NCBI GenBank assembly: GCA_038496445.1
Contig: JALMLS010000380.1
Coordinates: 1 to 32,283, forward strand
Length of the DNA stretch: 32,283 bases
From: Trichosphaerium sp. ATCC 40318
Lineage: Eukaryota > Protista > Tubulinea
Reading direction: 5' to 3'
In this document: positions 21,257 to 32,186 of the stretch, piece after piece
Layout: the number at the start of each line of letters is the position of its first letter
How positions within the stretch are numbered: the first letter of the stretch is position 1
Position numbers and translations under genes: made by a program
The notes under the pieces: model-generated
Seen by the model: the letters and a program-made list of their open reading frames with translations, nothing else
Told to the model about the DNA's origin: nothing
The model's database searches: none

Positions 21257-22632
21257 ATGGCTAATCTATTTTATTTTTATTTAGAAGAGAGATTCTTATT
21301 TTATTTTTATTTGGTGATTAATTTTTGGTACTAGTTTACAAATTTGAGGAAAAAGTGCAGGATTCTTGCAAAAGATTTAGGATTATTATGTTTTGTTTTT
21401 CAATTTTAAGCTTTAGTTGTGCGCGTTAATGCAGTGATATGACTGGATCAAACTTATTTTGATGCTTCGGTTGTATCTATTTAAAAGTGTTATAGTGTGC
21501 TTCTTTTTTTTTTTGACTTCTATGAGGAAAGTGATTCCTACAATGGTGTTTACTTAATTTATGTATATGTTATGTAGTTTTTTAATATTATCGTTTTCGA
21601 GTTGTTGTGTTGTTGAGTTGTTTTAGAATTATTAGAATTTGTTTCTATATTTTATTAAGTGTAGGTCGAATAAAGTTTCTAAATCTGAGCAGCCCTAAAA
21701 TATTTAATTTTTAATAAATTAGCTCAGGATTTATTTTTATAGGTTGTGTTATTTTTTGACTTAAGAGTTCATGTGGTCGTATAAGTTTATAGAGTGGGTG
21801 TGGATTTTTATATTTGGATGGTTTATTATCGTAGGGTTATCTCTATTTTTATGTGTTTATTTATAAAATTAGGGATATTTCCGTTTAATTTTTGATTGTT
21901 GATAGCTATGAGGCAGGTTCTTTGGGGCTTTAAGTATTTTAACAGTAGTAAGTAAAATAGTGACCTTGATGTTTTTTTGAAAGTATTTTTTGTATTGATA
22001 CAAATTGAAGAAATAAGTCAATAATAACAGTATTTTCAGTTATTAGCATGTGGTTTTTGTATTTTTAGGTGTTAGTCAAATAAGATTAGAAGAATTTGAG
22101 CGTATAGCTCAGTGTAAATTTAAGTTATTTATTATTAGCATGTAATACTGCATCTCATTTAGTTTTTTATGTATTTTAATTTATTTGGTATTTATATGCT
22201 TGTAAGCATGGGTTTTTTTTTAATTTGTTTATTTTGTTAAGTCATTTACAAAATAGAGTATAGTAAATATGTTAGATTTTTTAAATTTAATCATATAGCG
22301 TTTCGTGAAGTATATTTTTTTGATTAAGTTTTTTATCTGTAGCAGGATTACCTCCGCTAATGGCTTTTTTTCTAAATTTTTGTTAATATCGAGTTTATTA
22401 GCGGTAGTGATTGATTACTTGCTATATTTTGCATTTTAGTCGTATTTTTGCATTAAGTTTTATTTAAACGTTTTCAAGGATTCCTGTTTGGTAAATTTTG
22501 AGGATGAGGCTTATATATAAGGCGAGACGAAATATTTATTATATGTTAGCTTTTTTTTTATGGCTAATATTTTATTTATTTTAATTATGATGTTTTATTT
22601 TTATTGATATAGATATGTTAATTTAATTTAAA
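21257..22632 (+). CDS. nad2: NADH dehydrogenase subunit 2 cryptogene
   Basis: LEL...FYILL, SEAALKYLI, KLGIFPFNFW..D.YE, IRRIWAYSSV.N, SVAGLPPLMGFFSK after single-base repairs. Confidence 0.93.
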
Positions 22633-22635
22633 TTA

Positions 22636-24056
22636 ATGACAAATTGACTTTTAATTTTGGGTAATAGGGATTGCGTGTTATTTTTTTAGTATATATAAAT
22701 GTTATATTAGTTGGCTTTTTTTATTTTATTTTTTTGTGATACTGAGTTATTTTATATTTTTAGTTACATAGGTAATTTTTTTAGGAGGAACAGAGGATTG
22801 GATGTGACGTTTGTCTTATCTTTTCATATTTTAAGCAGCAGTTTGTTTATATAGGTAAGCTCCTTAATTGGGATCGCAAGTATAGAATAATAGTTTTATT
22901 TTTATGCTTTTAGCATAACTTGTTGTGCGCAGGTGCTTTTTTAGTATATGATCTTATTTTTTTTTATATTATTTTTGAGTTTTTTTAATACCTCTTTTTT
23001 TTTTTATAGGTATTTGAGGTACTAAAAAGCGACGGTAATAGCATCCTTTAAATTATTTTTATATACGTATTAGGATCTTTTTCTATGCTTATAGGTTAAT
23101 GTCTTTATATTCTCAAGTGGTACATTTGATCTGTATACCTTATTTTATATAATAATAGTTTTCAGCGAGATTAGGTACATGTATTTTATTTTTAACAGCA
23201 TTTGCTGTTAAACACCCATGTATCCATTTCATTTATGTTACCCGAAGCACATGTAGAGGCAACAACAGTAGGTTCGGTTATTTTAGCAGCTTGATTTTAA
23301 AATTAGCTTGTATGGGCTGTGTAGATTTGTTATTCTTTGTTTTTTGAATCTATAAAATATATGCGCCTTTATTTTTTGTAATTATAATAATTGTATTTTA
23401 CATAGTGTATGTTTATCGTGTAGACATGTGATGTTAAAAAAGCATAGCTTATATGTCTATAGCACATATGATTTTAGTTTGATTGGTTTGTTTTCGTTAA
23501 ATATAGTAGGTGTGCAAGATGCATTTATTTATTAGTAGGACATGGTTAGTATCGAGTGGTTATTTATTTTAGTAGGTATTTTATATGATAGTTTAAAACT
23601 CGTGTTATTTTTTATTATGGAGTATAAGTCAAATAATGCCATTATGGCATTATTTTATTTTATGTTTATTTTTGCTAATTTTGGTTTTCCTGTTTTTTAA
23701 ATTTTGTGGAGAACTTTTAATTTTTTTTTCTTGTCTTTATATAGTTTTTTATTAAGTTTTTTTTTATGTTTAGGTATGTTATATCTACAGGGGCTAGTGT
23801 ATGAATGTATAATAGGATAGTTTTTGGGAAGTTAAATACGAAGGCATATTAAAAAAGGTTTGAAAAGAAGTCAAAGAGAAAAAAATTGAAGATTAATGGG
23901 AGTAGTAGAGGTTGGTTGATTAGTACGTATGGTCGTACAGATTTAACTTGGCGTGAATTAATATTTTATGCTTTTTATTATGTACCGTGTAATATTAGGA
24001 ATATTACCATGGTTTGGGAATTCAGCGTTGGTCATTTTATACTACTAACAGAATAA
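22636..24056 (+). CDS. nad4: NADH dehydrogenase subunit 4 cryptogene
   Basis: DLIFFYIIFE..LIP...IGIWG, [87 protein letters not shown], LGILP. Confidence 0.97.
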
Positions 24057-24071
24057 ATAAGCTTACTTATC

Positions 24072-25094
24072 ATGGAAAATTCTAAAATTGTTGATGAAAT
24101 AATGGAAAAAATGGCACGTTTTTTTTTTGTTTTTTTTAATTGCCTAAAAAGCAAAAAAAGCAAAGGGGCCTACGTGTCTATACCAGGATTGATATTAGAA
24201 CCTCAAAATTTAGAGGAGGTTATACATAATAGGTTCATTTTATTAGGAGTAACAAGTGTATTATTTATAGTTTGTTTAGGTTTTGCTGCAGGTTTTTATT
24301 ATAATAGTAATAATCATATAATCTCTGTAGATATGGACTGTATTGATCAGGTGCTTCGCTATAATTTAGGGTATAAAAATTTAAAAAACGATGTGAATCT
24401 TGAGAATTGTGAAGCATATTTTGAACCGCAAAATATATTAATATTACCAGCTTTTGAATTTGAAGATCCAGATTTAGATTTAGACGAAAAAATAATTGAG
24501 GGAATTTTAGAATTGCAGCAACAAATACCAAAAGTAGAGGTAGAGTTAGACGTTGCAAGTGAAACAGTAAAAATAATGGAGCAAGCTTTAGAGTCTTACA
24601 ATTGAGGTAATTATAGAGAAAATATAGTAAATATCGAAGATGAACCTACTTATCAAGGGACAGAAAATTTTCAAGGATATAATAATCCAAATTTAGATGA
24701 GTTATTGTCAGATGCAATAGCTTCATCTAAATTTAATGTATCTGATGAACTAGATGATAGTTCATCAGATACATTAAATTTAGATGAAGCTATTGCATCT
24801 GATGGTTCAAATGAAATTTTTGAGAATATTGTGACTTTTGAGGAAGAAGATTATGGAGGAAAAGATACTTTAGAAGGAATTGACATAGTGTTTCCCGGAG
24901 AAAATCAACTGGTAAGGGAAATTGGTGAAAATATTGATGGAAATTTATATTGTAGTTATGAAGAAAATATGGTAGGTTGTTATGATTGTTTAAATGAAAC
25001 TACTCAGATTTTTTTAGATATGGATAATGATTTTTTTTTATTTGTTGAAATATTAAAAAAAGTTATATATTTTTTAATATCTATTTTTTTTTAA
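24072..25094 (+). CDS. Unknown acidic membrane protein, 340 aa, needs no editing
   Basis: Track ORFs 24072..24605 and 24705..25094 are in the same frame and join through TGA=Trp. One TM segment (FILLGVTSVLFIVCLGFAAGFYY), a very D/E-rich body and a hydrophobic C-terminus. Confidence 0.8.
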
Positions 25095-25118
25095 TATTTT
25101 ATTTTATATTTTTTATTT

Positions 25119-25235
25119 AAAAAAAGAGAATGTTATTTGTATTATAAATGAATATTTAAAAAAGATAGTTATTTGTTTATAATTTTTTATAGTTTCAAGG
25201 GAAGAAGCGAAATTAAAAATAAATTAAGTTCTTTA
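25119..25235 (+). repeat. Conserved ~120-nt dispersed element, copy 2
   Basis: Same as 9407-9524 except atatttaaaaaagatag in place of atatctaaaaaggatag. Confidence 0.95.
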
Positions 25236-25269
25236 TTTTATTTTTTTTTGTTTTTTAGATAGCTTTTAT

Positions 25270-25810
25270 TTTTTTTTTTATATTTAAGTGTTTTTAGGTT
25301 TAGCATTGTAGGTTGGTTAAAAGAAGATTTTAATAATATAGTTTACATTTTAAAAAAAGAGTAAGACCTATTGTTTTTATTCTTTGTGATTAGGTTACGA
25401 CGGTTTACGTGTTATAATGAAGCATATAATTTTAATAGGGCATCTTTAGTGTGTCAAACAGATATTGTGTAGGTATGACTACATGGATGGTTATGTAGGT
25501 GGATGTATTTGGATAAATGGTATAGCTAAGTGGTAATAATTATAGTTTTAATTGTAATGCTGAAGTGATGGTTTTACTGAGTTGCTATAACAAAAGGTTT
25601 CTTTATGTTTTGAAAAAAAGAAATTTAGTTTTGAATTACTAACTAGTGATATTTTTTTAGAGAATTGTTGCGTTACCAAAAAATTAATTTTTTGGTAACG
25701 CAACAATTCTCTAAAAAAATACAGAGTAATCATCTAGATATTAAAGTTTTTTAAAAGGTTATTTATGTGTTGGAGGATAACGAACAAAAAAAGATTTAAG
25801 GGAATGATTT
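25270..25810 (+). CDS. rpl6: Probable ribosomal protein L6 cryptogene
   Basis: DGY....IWINGI (L6 'GF...L.L.GVG'), INFLVTQQFSKKIQS...KVF.KG (L6 'DKQ.V.QFAA.I......YKGKG'). Start not located. Confidence 0.35.
25650..25721. repeat. Perfect palindrome, ~72 bp, inside putative rpl6
   Basis: agagaattgttgcgttaccaaaaaatt|aattttttggtaacgcaacaattctct. Confidence 0.93.
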
Positions 25811-25939
25811 TAAAACTAACATATTTAAATATCGCTTATTTTTAGGTTGTTTAAACAACCTAAAAATAAGCGATATTTAAATATGTTAGTTTTAAAATCA
25901 TTCCCTTAAATCTTTTTTTGTTCGTTATCCTCCAACACA
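25766..25939. repeat. Perfect palindrome, 174 bp
   Basis: tgtgttggaggataacgaac...ttaggttgttt|aaacaacctaa...gttcgttatcctccaacaca. Confidence 0.95.
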
Positions 25940-25979
25940 GTTTATTTATTATTTAATAGGGGTTTAGCTGATTTAAGGT

Positions 25980-26360
25980 ATGAATATGCCTTGATATGTT
26001 TATGATCAATGGTGATATATAGTTGTTTTGTAAAACTTGGTTATATACTTGTTATAGTAGTCGTAATGTGTGTTTTATAGTGTTCTCGTTTTATGGAGAT
26101 CAATTTAATAAACAAAAATTAGCCAAAATAGATCAAATGTGAGGTTTAAGTTAACTTATATGAAGGAAGAAAAGCTTCTATAAACTTGGTTATGTTTATA
26201 AATTAAGAATTTTGTGCAAGAAATTTAGAGTTTTTATATTAATTATAAGTTTTTACGTAAGGGTGGTTTTTAGGTGTTAATTGAGGCGTTTTTTAAAATA
26301 GCAAAGTTTTATATTTTGTTTTGCTAAATTTTGTATTATATTTTGAAAAAATAGGAATAA
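25980..26360 (+). CDS. rps11: Putative ribosomal protein S11 cryptogene (core; may continue through the Lys-rich region to ~31300)
   Basis: YSSRNVCFIVFSFYG ('T.NNT.IT.TD..G'), YEGRKAS ('FKG..K.T'), FLRKGGF ('V..KG.G'). Possible terminal GKGC ('HNGC') at ~31269-31280. Confidence 0.35.
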
Positions 26361-26770
26361 TTTAGTTAGATTAGGGTTGGTAAAATGGAAAATTTAAATC
26401 ATTCGTTTTCGGTTTATTTTTTGATATTTTAAGTTTTTTTATACGTGTTTATATTTTTATGTAAAAGTGTTTAGAAGTTTATACCACGTCGTAGTAATCT
26501 TTTTGAAAAACTTTATGAAAAGGTAAGCGTAATTAATTTTAAGAAAATATCTTAATAGTAAGCAAATTTTGTATTATATCGTGAAATAAGAAACCAGAAA
26601 AAATAAGCAATAAATTAAATAAATTACATATTAGTGGACGTTATAGAAGGTAAAATTGCCTATAAAAAATAAACTTATTTTAAAAATAAATTAAGTTTAT
26701 TAATTTTGTAAATTTAAATAAAAATATTGAATAGAAAAAAAAAAGAAAAAAAAAAAAAACGGCGTTTTAA

Positions 26771-27198
26771 AAACAAAGACGTAAACTTTATATCCCGCTT
26801 TATTAAATTTTTATCGATAGGTAAGCGGGATATAAAGTTTACGTCTTTGTTTAGTTAACTAAAAGAGAGACGTAAACTTTATATCCCGCTTACCTATCGA
26901 TAAAAATTTAATAGTAATTAAGTCATTAATTTTGGGTCTCTTTAATTTTACTAGTAAGAAAAAACCTGGATATTTCTTACTAAGGTTATCTAATATTATT
27001 TCTTCGCTGGTATACTTAATTTTAAATTAATTTAAAATTAAGTATACCAGCGAAGAAATAATATTAGATAACCTTAGTAAGAAATATCCAGGTTTTTTCT
27101 TACTAGTAAAATTAAAGAGACCCAAAGGTTATTTGTGAAAAAAAACAACCTTTGGGTCTCTTTAATTTTACTAGTAAGAAAAAACCTGGATATTTCTT
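26771..27198. repeat. Cluster of nested/serial inverted repeats including a 196-bp perfect palindrome (26931-27126)
   Basis: agacgtaaactttatatcccgctt appears forward, inverted, then forward again (26777-26891). tttgggtctctttaattttactagtaagaaaaaacctggatatttctt appears forward (26931), inverted (to 27126) and forward (~27150). Confidence 0.93.
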
Positions 27199-30100
27199 TA
27201 AAAAATCGCGATAGGATCTTTTTTAAAGAAACAAATAAAAGTGAAGGTATAAATACATATCTAAAAGAAACAAATAAAAGTGAAGGTATAAATACATGTT
27301 TAAAAGAAAGAAAAGAAGTTAGTTTTAATATTGATTTAGTAGGTAAAATTAAAAGTAAAATTAAAGAAAGTAATTTAAAATTATATTTTTTACGTGATAT
27401 TTTATTAAGTCAAAGTTTTCTTTCTTTTTTAGATAGTCAATACACGTTGGACGTACGTCCAACGTGTATTGACTATCTAAAAAAGAAAGAAAACTTTGAC
27501 TTAATAAAATATCACGTAAAAAATATAATTTTAAAACCTTCATTGTTTTTTCATAAACGTTACATTAGAAAAAGGTTTTTATTAAAAAAAATAAAAAGAA
27601 TAGTAAAAAAACCAAGTAAAATATATAAAAAATACTTACGACGTCAGTATTTTTTATATTTTAGAAAGGAAAGAAAAAAAAAAACAAAAAAAAGGAAAGA
27701 AAAAATAAAAAAGATAAAAAAAGAACATTATAAAAAAAAATACATTAAATTTAAATTTTTTCAGAAGCTTCTGAAAAAATTTAAATTTAATGTAAAATAT
27801 AAAATAAAAATTTTTAATTCTAAAATAAAAATTTTAAAAACCAAAAAAAGTCAAGGTAATAAAATAAAAAGAATATTAAAAAAAAAGAAAAAAAAAAAAA
27901 AGGTATTAAAATTTTTAGTAGGTAGATATACAAAAGGTTATTTTAGAAAAAAAAGAGCATGAGATCGCAGGCAAGAAAGAATAAAACAAAAAAAAATTGA
28001 AAAAAAAGAAGAGATTAAAAAAAAAAGAAAAAAATTTTTTAAAAAACTTAGGAAAAAAAAAAAAGCAATAAAAAAAGAGATTAAAAAAATAATAAAGCAA
28101 AAAAAAAGATATAAAAAAGAGATTAAGAAAATAAAAAGAAAATATAAGTTAAATAAACTTATGATATTAATATTAAAAAATAAAATGATTAAAATGATTA
28201 AAAATTTTAATCATAAGTTTTTTAAATTTTTAGTTATTAGAAAAAAAAGAAGAATCAAATTTAATATAAAATCTCTTCTTTTTTTTTATTATGTTAAATT
28301 GAAAAATAAAAGAAAAAACGTAGAACAAACTAAGTATAAAAATTTAATGAGATTTTTATACTTAAAAAAAAAAAAAGAAAAAAAAAAAAAATTAGAAAGC
28401 TTAAGAAATTTAATTTATAAAAAAAGAGGGAAAAAAGTAAAAGAAGAAAAAAAAAATATATATAGAAAAATTTATAAAAATTATTATAATAGTTTTTATA
28501 AAGGATGAATTTTAAAAGCAAACAAAAAAAGAATGAAACGGAAAAAAAAGAATGAAAAAGAAAAAAAAAGTGTTAGTTTAAAAAAAAATTTAGAAAAAGA
28601 ATGGTTTTGATATGGGATACGTAAAATACTAAAAAAAAAAAAGCAAAAAAAAAAAAAGAATGAGGATATATTTTAGGTACAAAATGGCGTAAAAGATTAA
28701 AATTAAAAAAAAAAGAAAAAAAAAAATCAAAAAATAGAAATAGAAGATTACAAGCATGAGTTTTAATAAAAAAAAAGTGAGGTAAAATAAAGTATAAAAT
28801 AATAGATAATAAAAAAAAATATATTAGATTTTTAAAGAAAAAACGATTGTTAAAAAAAAAACGTTTATTAAAAATAAAGAAAAATAAGGTATTAAATAAG
28901 AATGTATATAAAAAAAGAAAAAAAAAGTGGAGAAAGTATAAATATATTAGTAGAAAGAAGCGTTTTGCTATGTTGGAAAAGGTTAATAAAAAAATAAATA
29001 AATTTTGAAAGCAAAATTTATTTAAAAACAAAGCAACTAAATCTTGTCAAATAAAATTAAATACGTTTAAATCAAAAGGTTTATGGAATCGTAAAACGTT
29101 TCGCTAGACGCTTTTCCTAAATTTTAGGAAAAGCGTCTAGCGAAACGTTTTACGATTCCATAAACCTTTTGATTTAAACACAAGGTTATCTTTTAAAAAT
29201 TTTATTTTGAGAAATCGACTTTATTATAATAAAGTCGATTTCTCAAAACGTAAAAAAGCTGGGGGATTTTGTTAAATAGTCAAAGCTTTACGCATACGTT
29301 TGACAATACGTTGCATAAAAGATCGTGCTGCATTAGAAATGCAGCACGATCTTTTATGCAACGTATTGTCAAACGTATGCGTAAAAAAACTGGTTATTTA
29401 AATTACGAAATAACTTAGCATACCTTTGAAAAGGAAATTTTGTAAAATTTAAAAAATTTATATCAAAAAGACGGTGACAAAATAAAAAATTTTATAAAAA
29501 ATGATTATTTGGTAGCAAAAATCAATGTGTAAATTTTAAAAAAAATAGAAATGTAAGATGATTTCTACCTAATAGTTAAAATTAAAATCATTTGGAAAAA
29601 ATTGATTGTTTTTTAATGAAAAAAAAAAATGAAAAGAATTTTATAGAAAATTAAGATATATTTATGGTGAGGATCGTAAAGATAGATTATTTTGAGTATG
29701 GCGTCATTGAATAATATTTAAAAATAAAGGTAGAGCCAAACTATTGCAGTTAATACGTCGTAAATATAAACATAGTATAGATATTTATGGTTTATGAAGA
29801 CTTATAAAAAAAATAAAATTAAATGCTTTTAGAGAAAAAGAAGGTAAACGTAAGGAAATAAGATTTATTAAACAATGGTTCAAATGAAAAATAAAAAGAC
29901 CAAAAAAGTTACAACAAATAATCTAGGTTTTAATAATATGATGAATATATTAATACGTTCTACTCTTTTAGCGAGGGACAGCTTATATTATAATAAATTA
30001 ATTTGAAGTTTAGATAAAAGTGGAAAACTATCGAGAAAAATTAAATATAATCTTTGATTAAAATATAACAAAGGAAAAAAATGAAACGAAAAGAAGATAA

Positions 30101-31020
30101 GAACTATATATTTAAAAAAATTAAGAAATAGACGTATTAACTTTATAGAGAAAACGTTTAATGGGAGATTATTTAAATCATTTTTTTGAAATAATTATTT
30201 AAATAATAAAAAAAGGTTTACTTTAAAAAAAACTAAAAGTTTAAAAAGAGGAAAAAAAAATAATTATTTCAAAAAAAGTCAAATAAAAGCATGAAAATGA
30301 GCAAAAATAAAAAAAAAGAGAAATAATAGGAGAGGTTATGGGAAAAGATGAAGAAAATTTCGTATAAAAGATAAAAAGTTAATTTATAAATTAAAAAAAA
30401 GGAAAAAAAAAGAAAAAAAAAAAAAATAATAAAAAAAGGAAAGGTATATAAAATAAGGTCTTTTAAGAAAATATTAAAGATATATAATCTTATTAGAAAA
30501 AAACTAAAAAAAAAAAAAGAAAAAAAAAGGAAAAAAAAAAAGAAAAAATATGATAAGGTATATTATTATAATTATATATCTTATCTATTGAAAAAAGGTA
30601 TATTTTCAGATATAACTAAAAAGAAGCGTGAATTAGCTTTAAAAATTGGTTGTGTATTATCCTTAAAATCTAAACGAGCACGTAAATCACGTAGAAAGCT
30701 TTTACGTAAATTTTTAGCTAAAGTAGCTCGTCTATCTGATAGACGAGCTACTTTAGCTAAAAATTTACGTAAAAGCTTTCTACGTGATTTACGTGCTCGT
30801 TTAGATTTTAAGGATAATACACAACCAATTTTTAAAGCTAATTCACCAAGGTTTTCTTATATAAATACTTTAAATGATTTTAGAAATTATCGTTTAGTTT
30901 TAAGTGAAGGTTTTGAACATAGCAGGCTTATGTTCTTAATTTCTTTACGCAAGGTTTTTCTAGAAAATTTTGAATGTGATTGAAACGGGAGGAAAAAAAA
31001 AAAAGAAGAAAAGCAAAAGC
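27135..31020 (+). CDS. Extremely Lys/Arg-rich coding region(s) of unknown identity, probably an expansion of a ribosomal protein
   Basis: Track ORFs 27135, 28161 and 30588 all end in TGA (=Trp) and continue. Frame changes fall mostly in A-runs. Contains a 39-nt tandem duplication (KETNKSEGINT x2). Confidence 0.45.
27374..27535. repeat. Perfect palindrome, 162 bp, within an open frame
   Basis: ...caatacacgttggacgt|acgtccaacgtgtattg...; the + and - strand ORFs share identical peptide here. Confidence 0.95.
29065..29385. repeat. Three consecutive palindromes (~29065-29179, ~29206-29248, ~29287-29385)
   Basis: cgctagacgcttttcctaaa/tttaggaaaagcgtctagcg; gagaaatcgactttatt/aataaagtcgatttctc; gatcgtgctgcatt/aatgcagcacgatc. 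Confidence 0.93.
30629..30846. repeat. Palindrome, 218 bp, within an open frame
   Basis: gtgaattagctttaaaa...gctcgtctatc t gatagacgagc...ttttaaagctaattcac. Confidence 0.95.
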
Positions 31021-31215
31021 TGATTAAGCCGAGCAATTGTCTTCATGATTTTAAAACCTGGTTTTTTACATGTAAAAAACCAGGTTTTAAAATCATGAAG
31101 ACAATTGCTCGGCTTAATCAGCTTTTGCTATAAATAGAAATAGATTATGAATAAAAAGCTAGTAAATAATCTATTTCTATTTATAGCAAAAGCTGATTAA
31201 GCCGAGCAATTGTCT
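31012..31215. repeat. Double fold-back: palindrome 31012-31129 whose right arm is re-inverted at ~31160-31215
   Basis: agcaaaagctgattaagccgagcaattgtctt occurs forward, inverted and forward. Confidence 0.93.
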
Positions 31216-31462
31216 TTAAAAATGAAACTAGTTCAATTTAAAAAAATATATAAAGGTGATTTTAATTTAGGAAAGGGTTGTATTTATTTTTTAATTCTTT
31301 TTGAAGAAACTTAAGGTTAGTGTTTATGATATAAATATATAGACTGAAAAAATGTAAAATGAATTAATATGGTGATTTTTTTTATAACGACATAAGACAC
31401 GATTTTTATGTGAATACGTACTATTTATATATAAATAAAGTATAAATTGATTTGTTTTATTG

Positions 31463-31570
31463 TTAGTTTTGTTTCTTATATTTTTGAAGATCTATATAGT
31501 TATATGTATTAGGTTGAAGTGGGTTTGTTTTTCATGTATAGATCTTCAAAAATATAAGAAACAAAACTAA
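31463..31570. repeat. Inverted repeat, ~34-bp arms
   Basis: ttagttttgtttcttatatttttgaagatctata ... tatagatcttcaaaaatataagaaacaaaactaa. Confidence 0.9.
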
Positions 31571-31675
31571 TAAATAATAAATTTAAATTAATTTGGTGTT
31601 TTTATTATAAGGAAGGTAATAAATTGTATATATTTCTAAATTATATTTAAAAAAGAAAATATATATAAGTAATTT

Positions 31676-32115
31676 ATGAGCTTATTTAAATTTAAAATAG
31701 GCTATCTTTATCTTTAAATGCTGGTATAGTTGAGTATTATTGCGTTATAAATTGTTTTCATTTAGTACTTTATTTAGGAAAGAAATCATAAGAACCGACG
31801 TTAAAATTTGTTTTTTATAATTTTATATGAGAGGAGTTTTTAAATTTAATCGAGATATAAATATAAAAATAATGCAAATTATCGTTTAAATTTTTACGTC
31901 AAAAAGAGATTTAAAATGATTTGAAAAAAGAAGTTTTTTATAGGTAAAATCAATGAGATTGAACGATACGGGGCGTGTATTAGGTATATTTTGAAATTCA
32001 GGGCATGTGGTATAAGAGGCCTATACAAGATTATGTGTAAATTTTATATAAATAAAGAGACGTGAAGTTTAGTAAAATCTGAGCATTTAATTTTTTTCTT
32101 TGATAGCTTAAGTAA
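31676..32115 (+). CDS. rps13: Ribosomal protein S13 cryptogene
   Basis: LYLLNAGIGW ('L..IYGIG'), NDLKKEV....MRLNDTGRVLGIFWNSGHVVIRG ('DLRREV...I.RL..I..YRG.RH..GLPVRG') after repairs. Confidence 0.5.
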
Positions 32116-32186
32116 ATCAAGTGTATAAATAATTGACATTTATCTTTTGTTTTAAAAGATTTATTCCAGAAAAGTAAAAAAATGTG

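Noticed and set aside
9578-24056. Frameshifts as homopolymer-undercalling sequencing errors (nanopore/454-like)
   Set aside because: Losses are mostly from doublets, while 15-A runs in 19326-20899 keep frame. Kilobase ORFs, palindrome arms of up to ~100 nt and three repeat copies show no indels. Disfavoured, but only independent reads can exclude it.
9578-24056. Decayed pseudogenes or a NUMT
   Set aside because: Only single-base losses were needed, no nonsense codons remained after repair, and catalytic/CuA motifs are intact. Neutral decay would give mixed indels and stops.
2445-29031. Minus-strand ORFs in the supplied track
   Set aside because: They are Phe/Leu-rich shadows of A-rich plus-strand frames or mirror images created by palindromes, with no conserved motifs.
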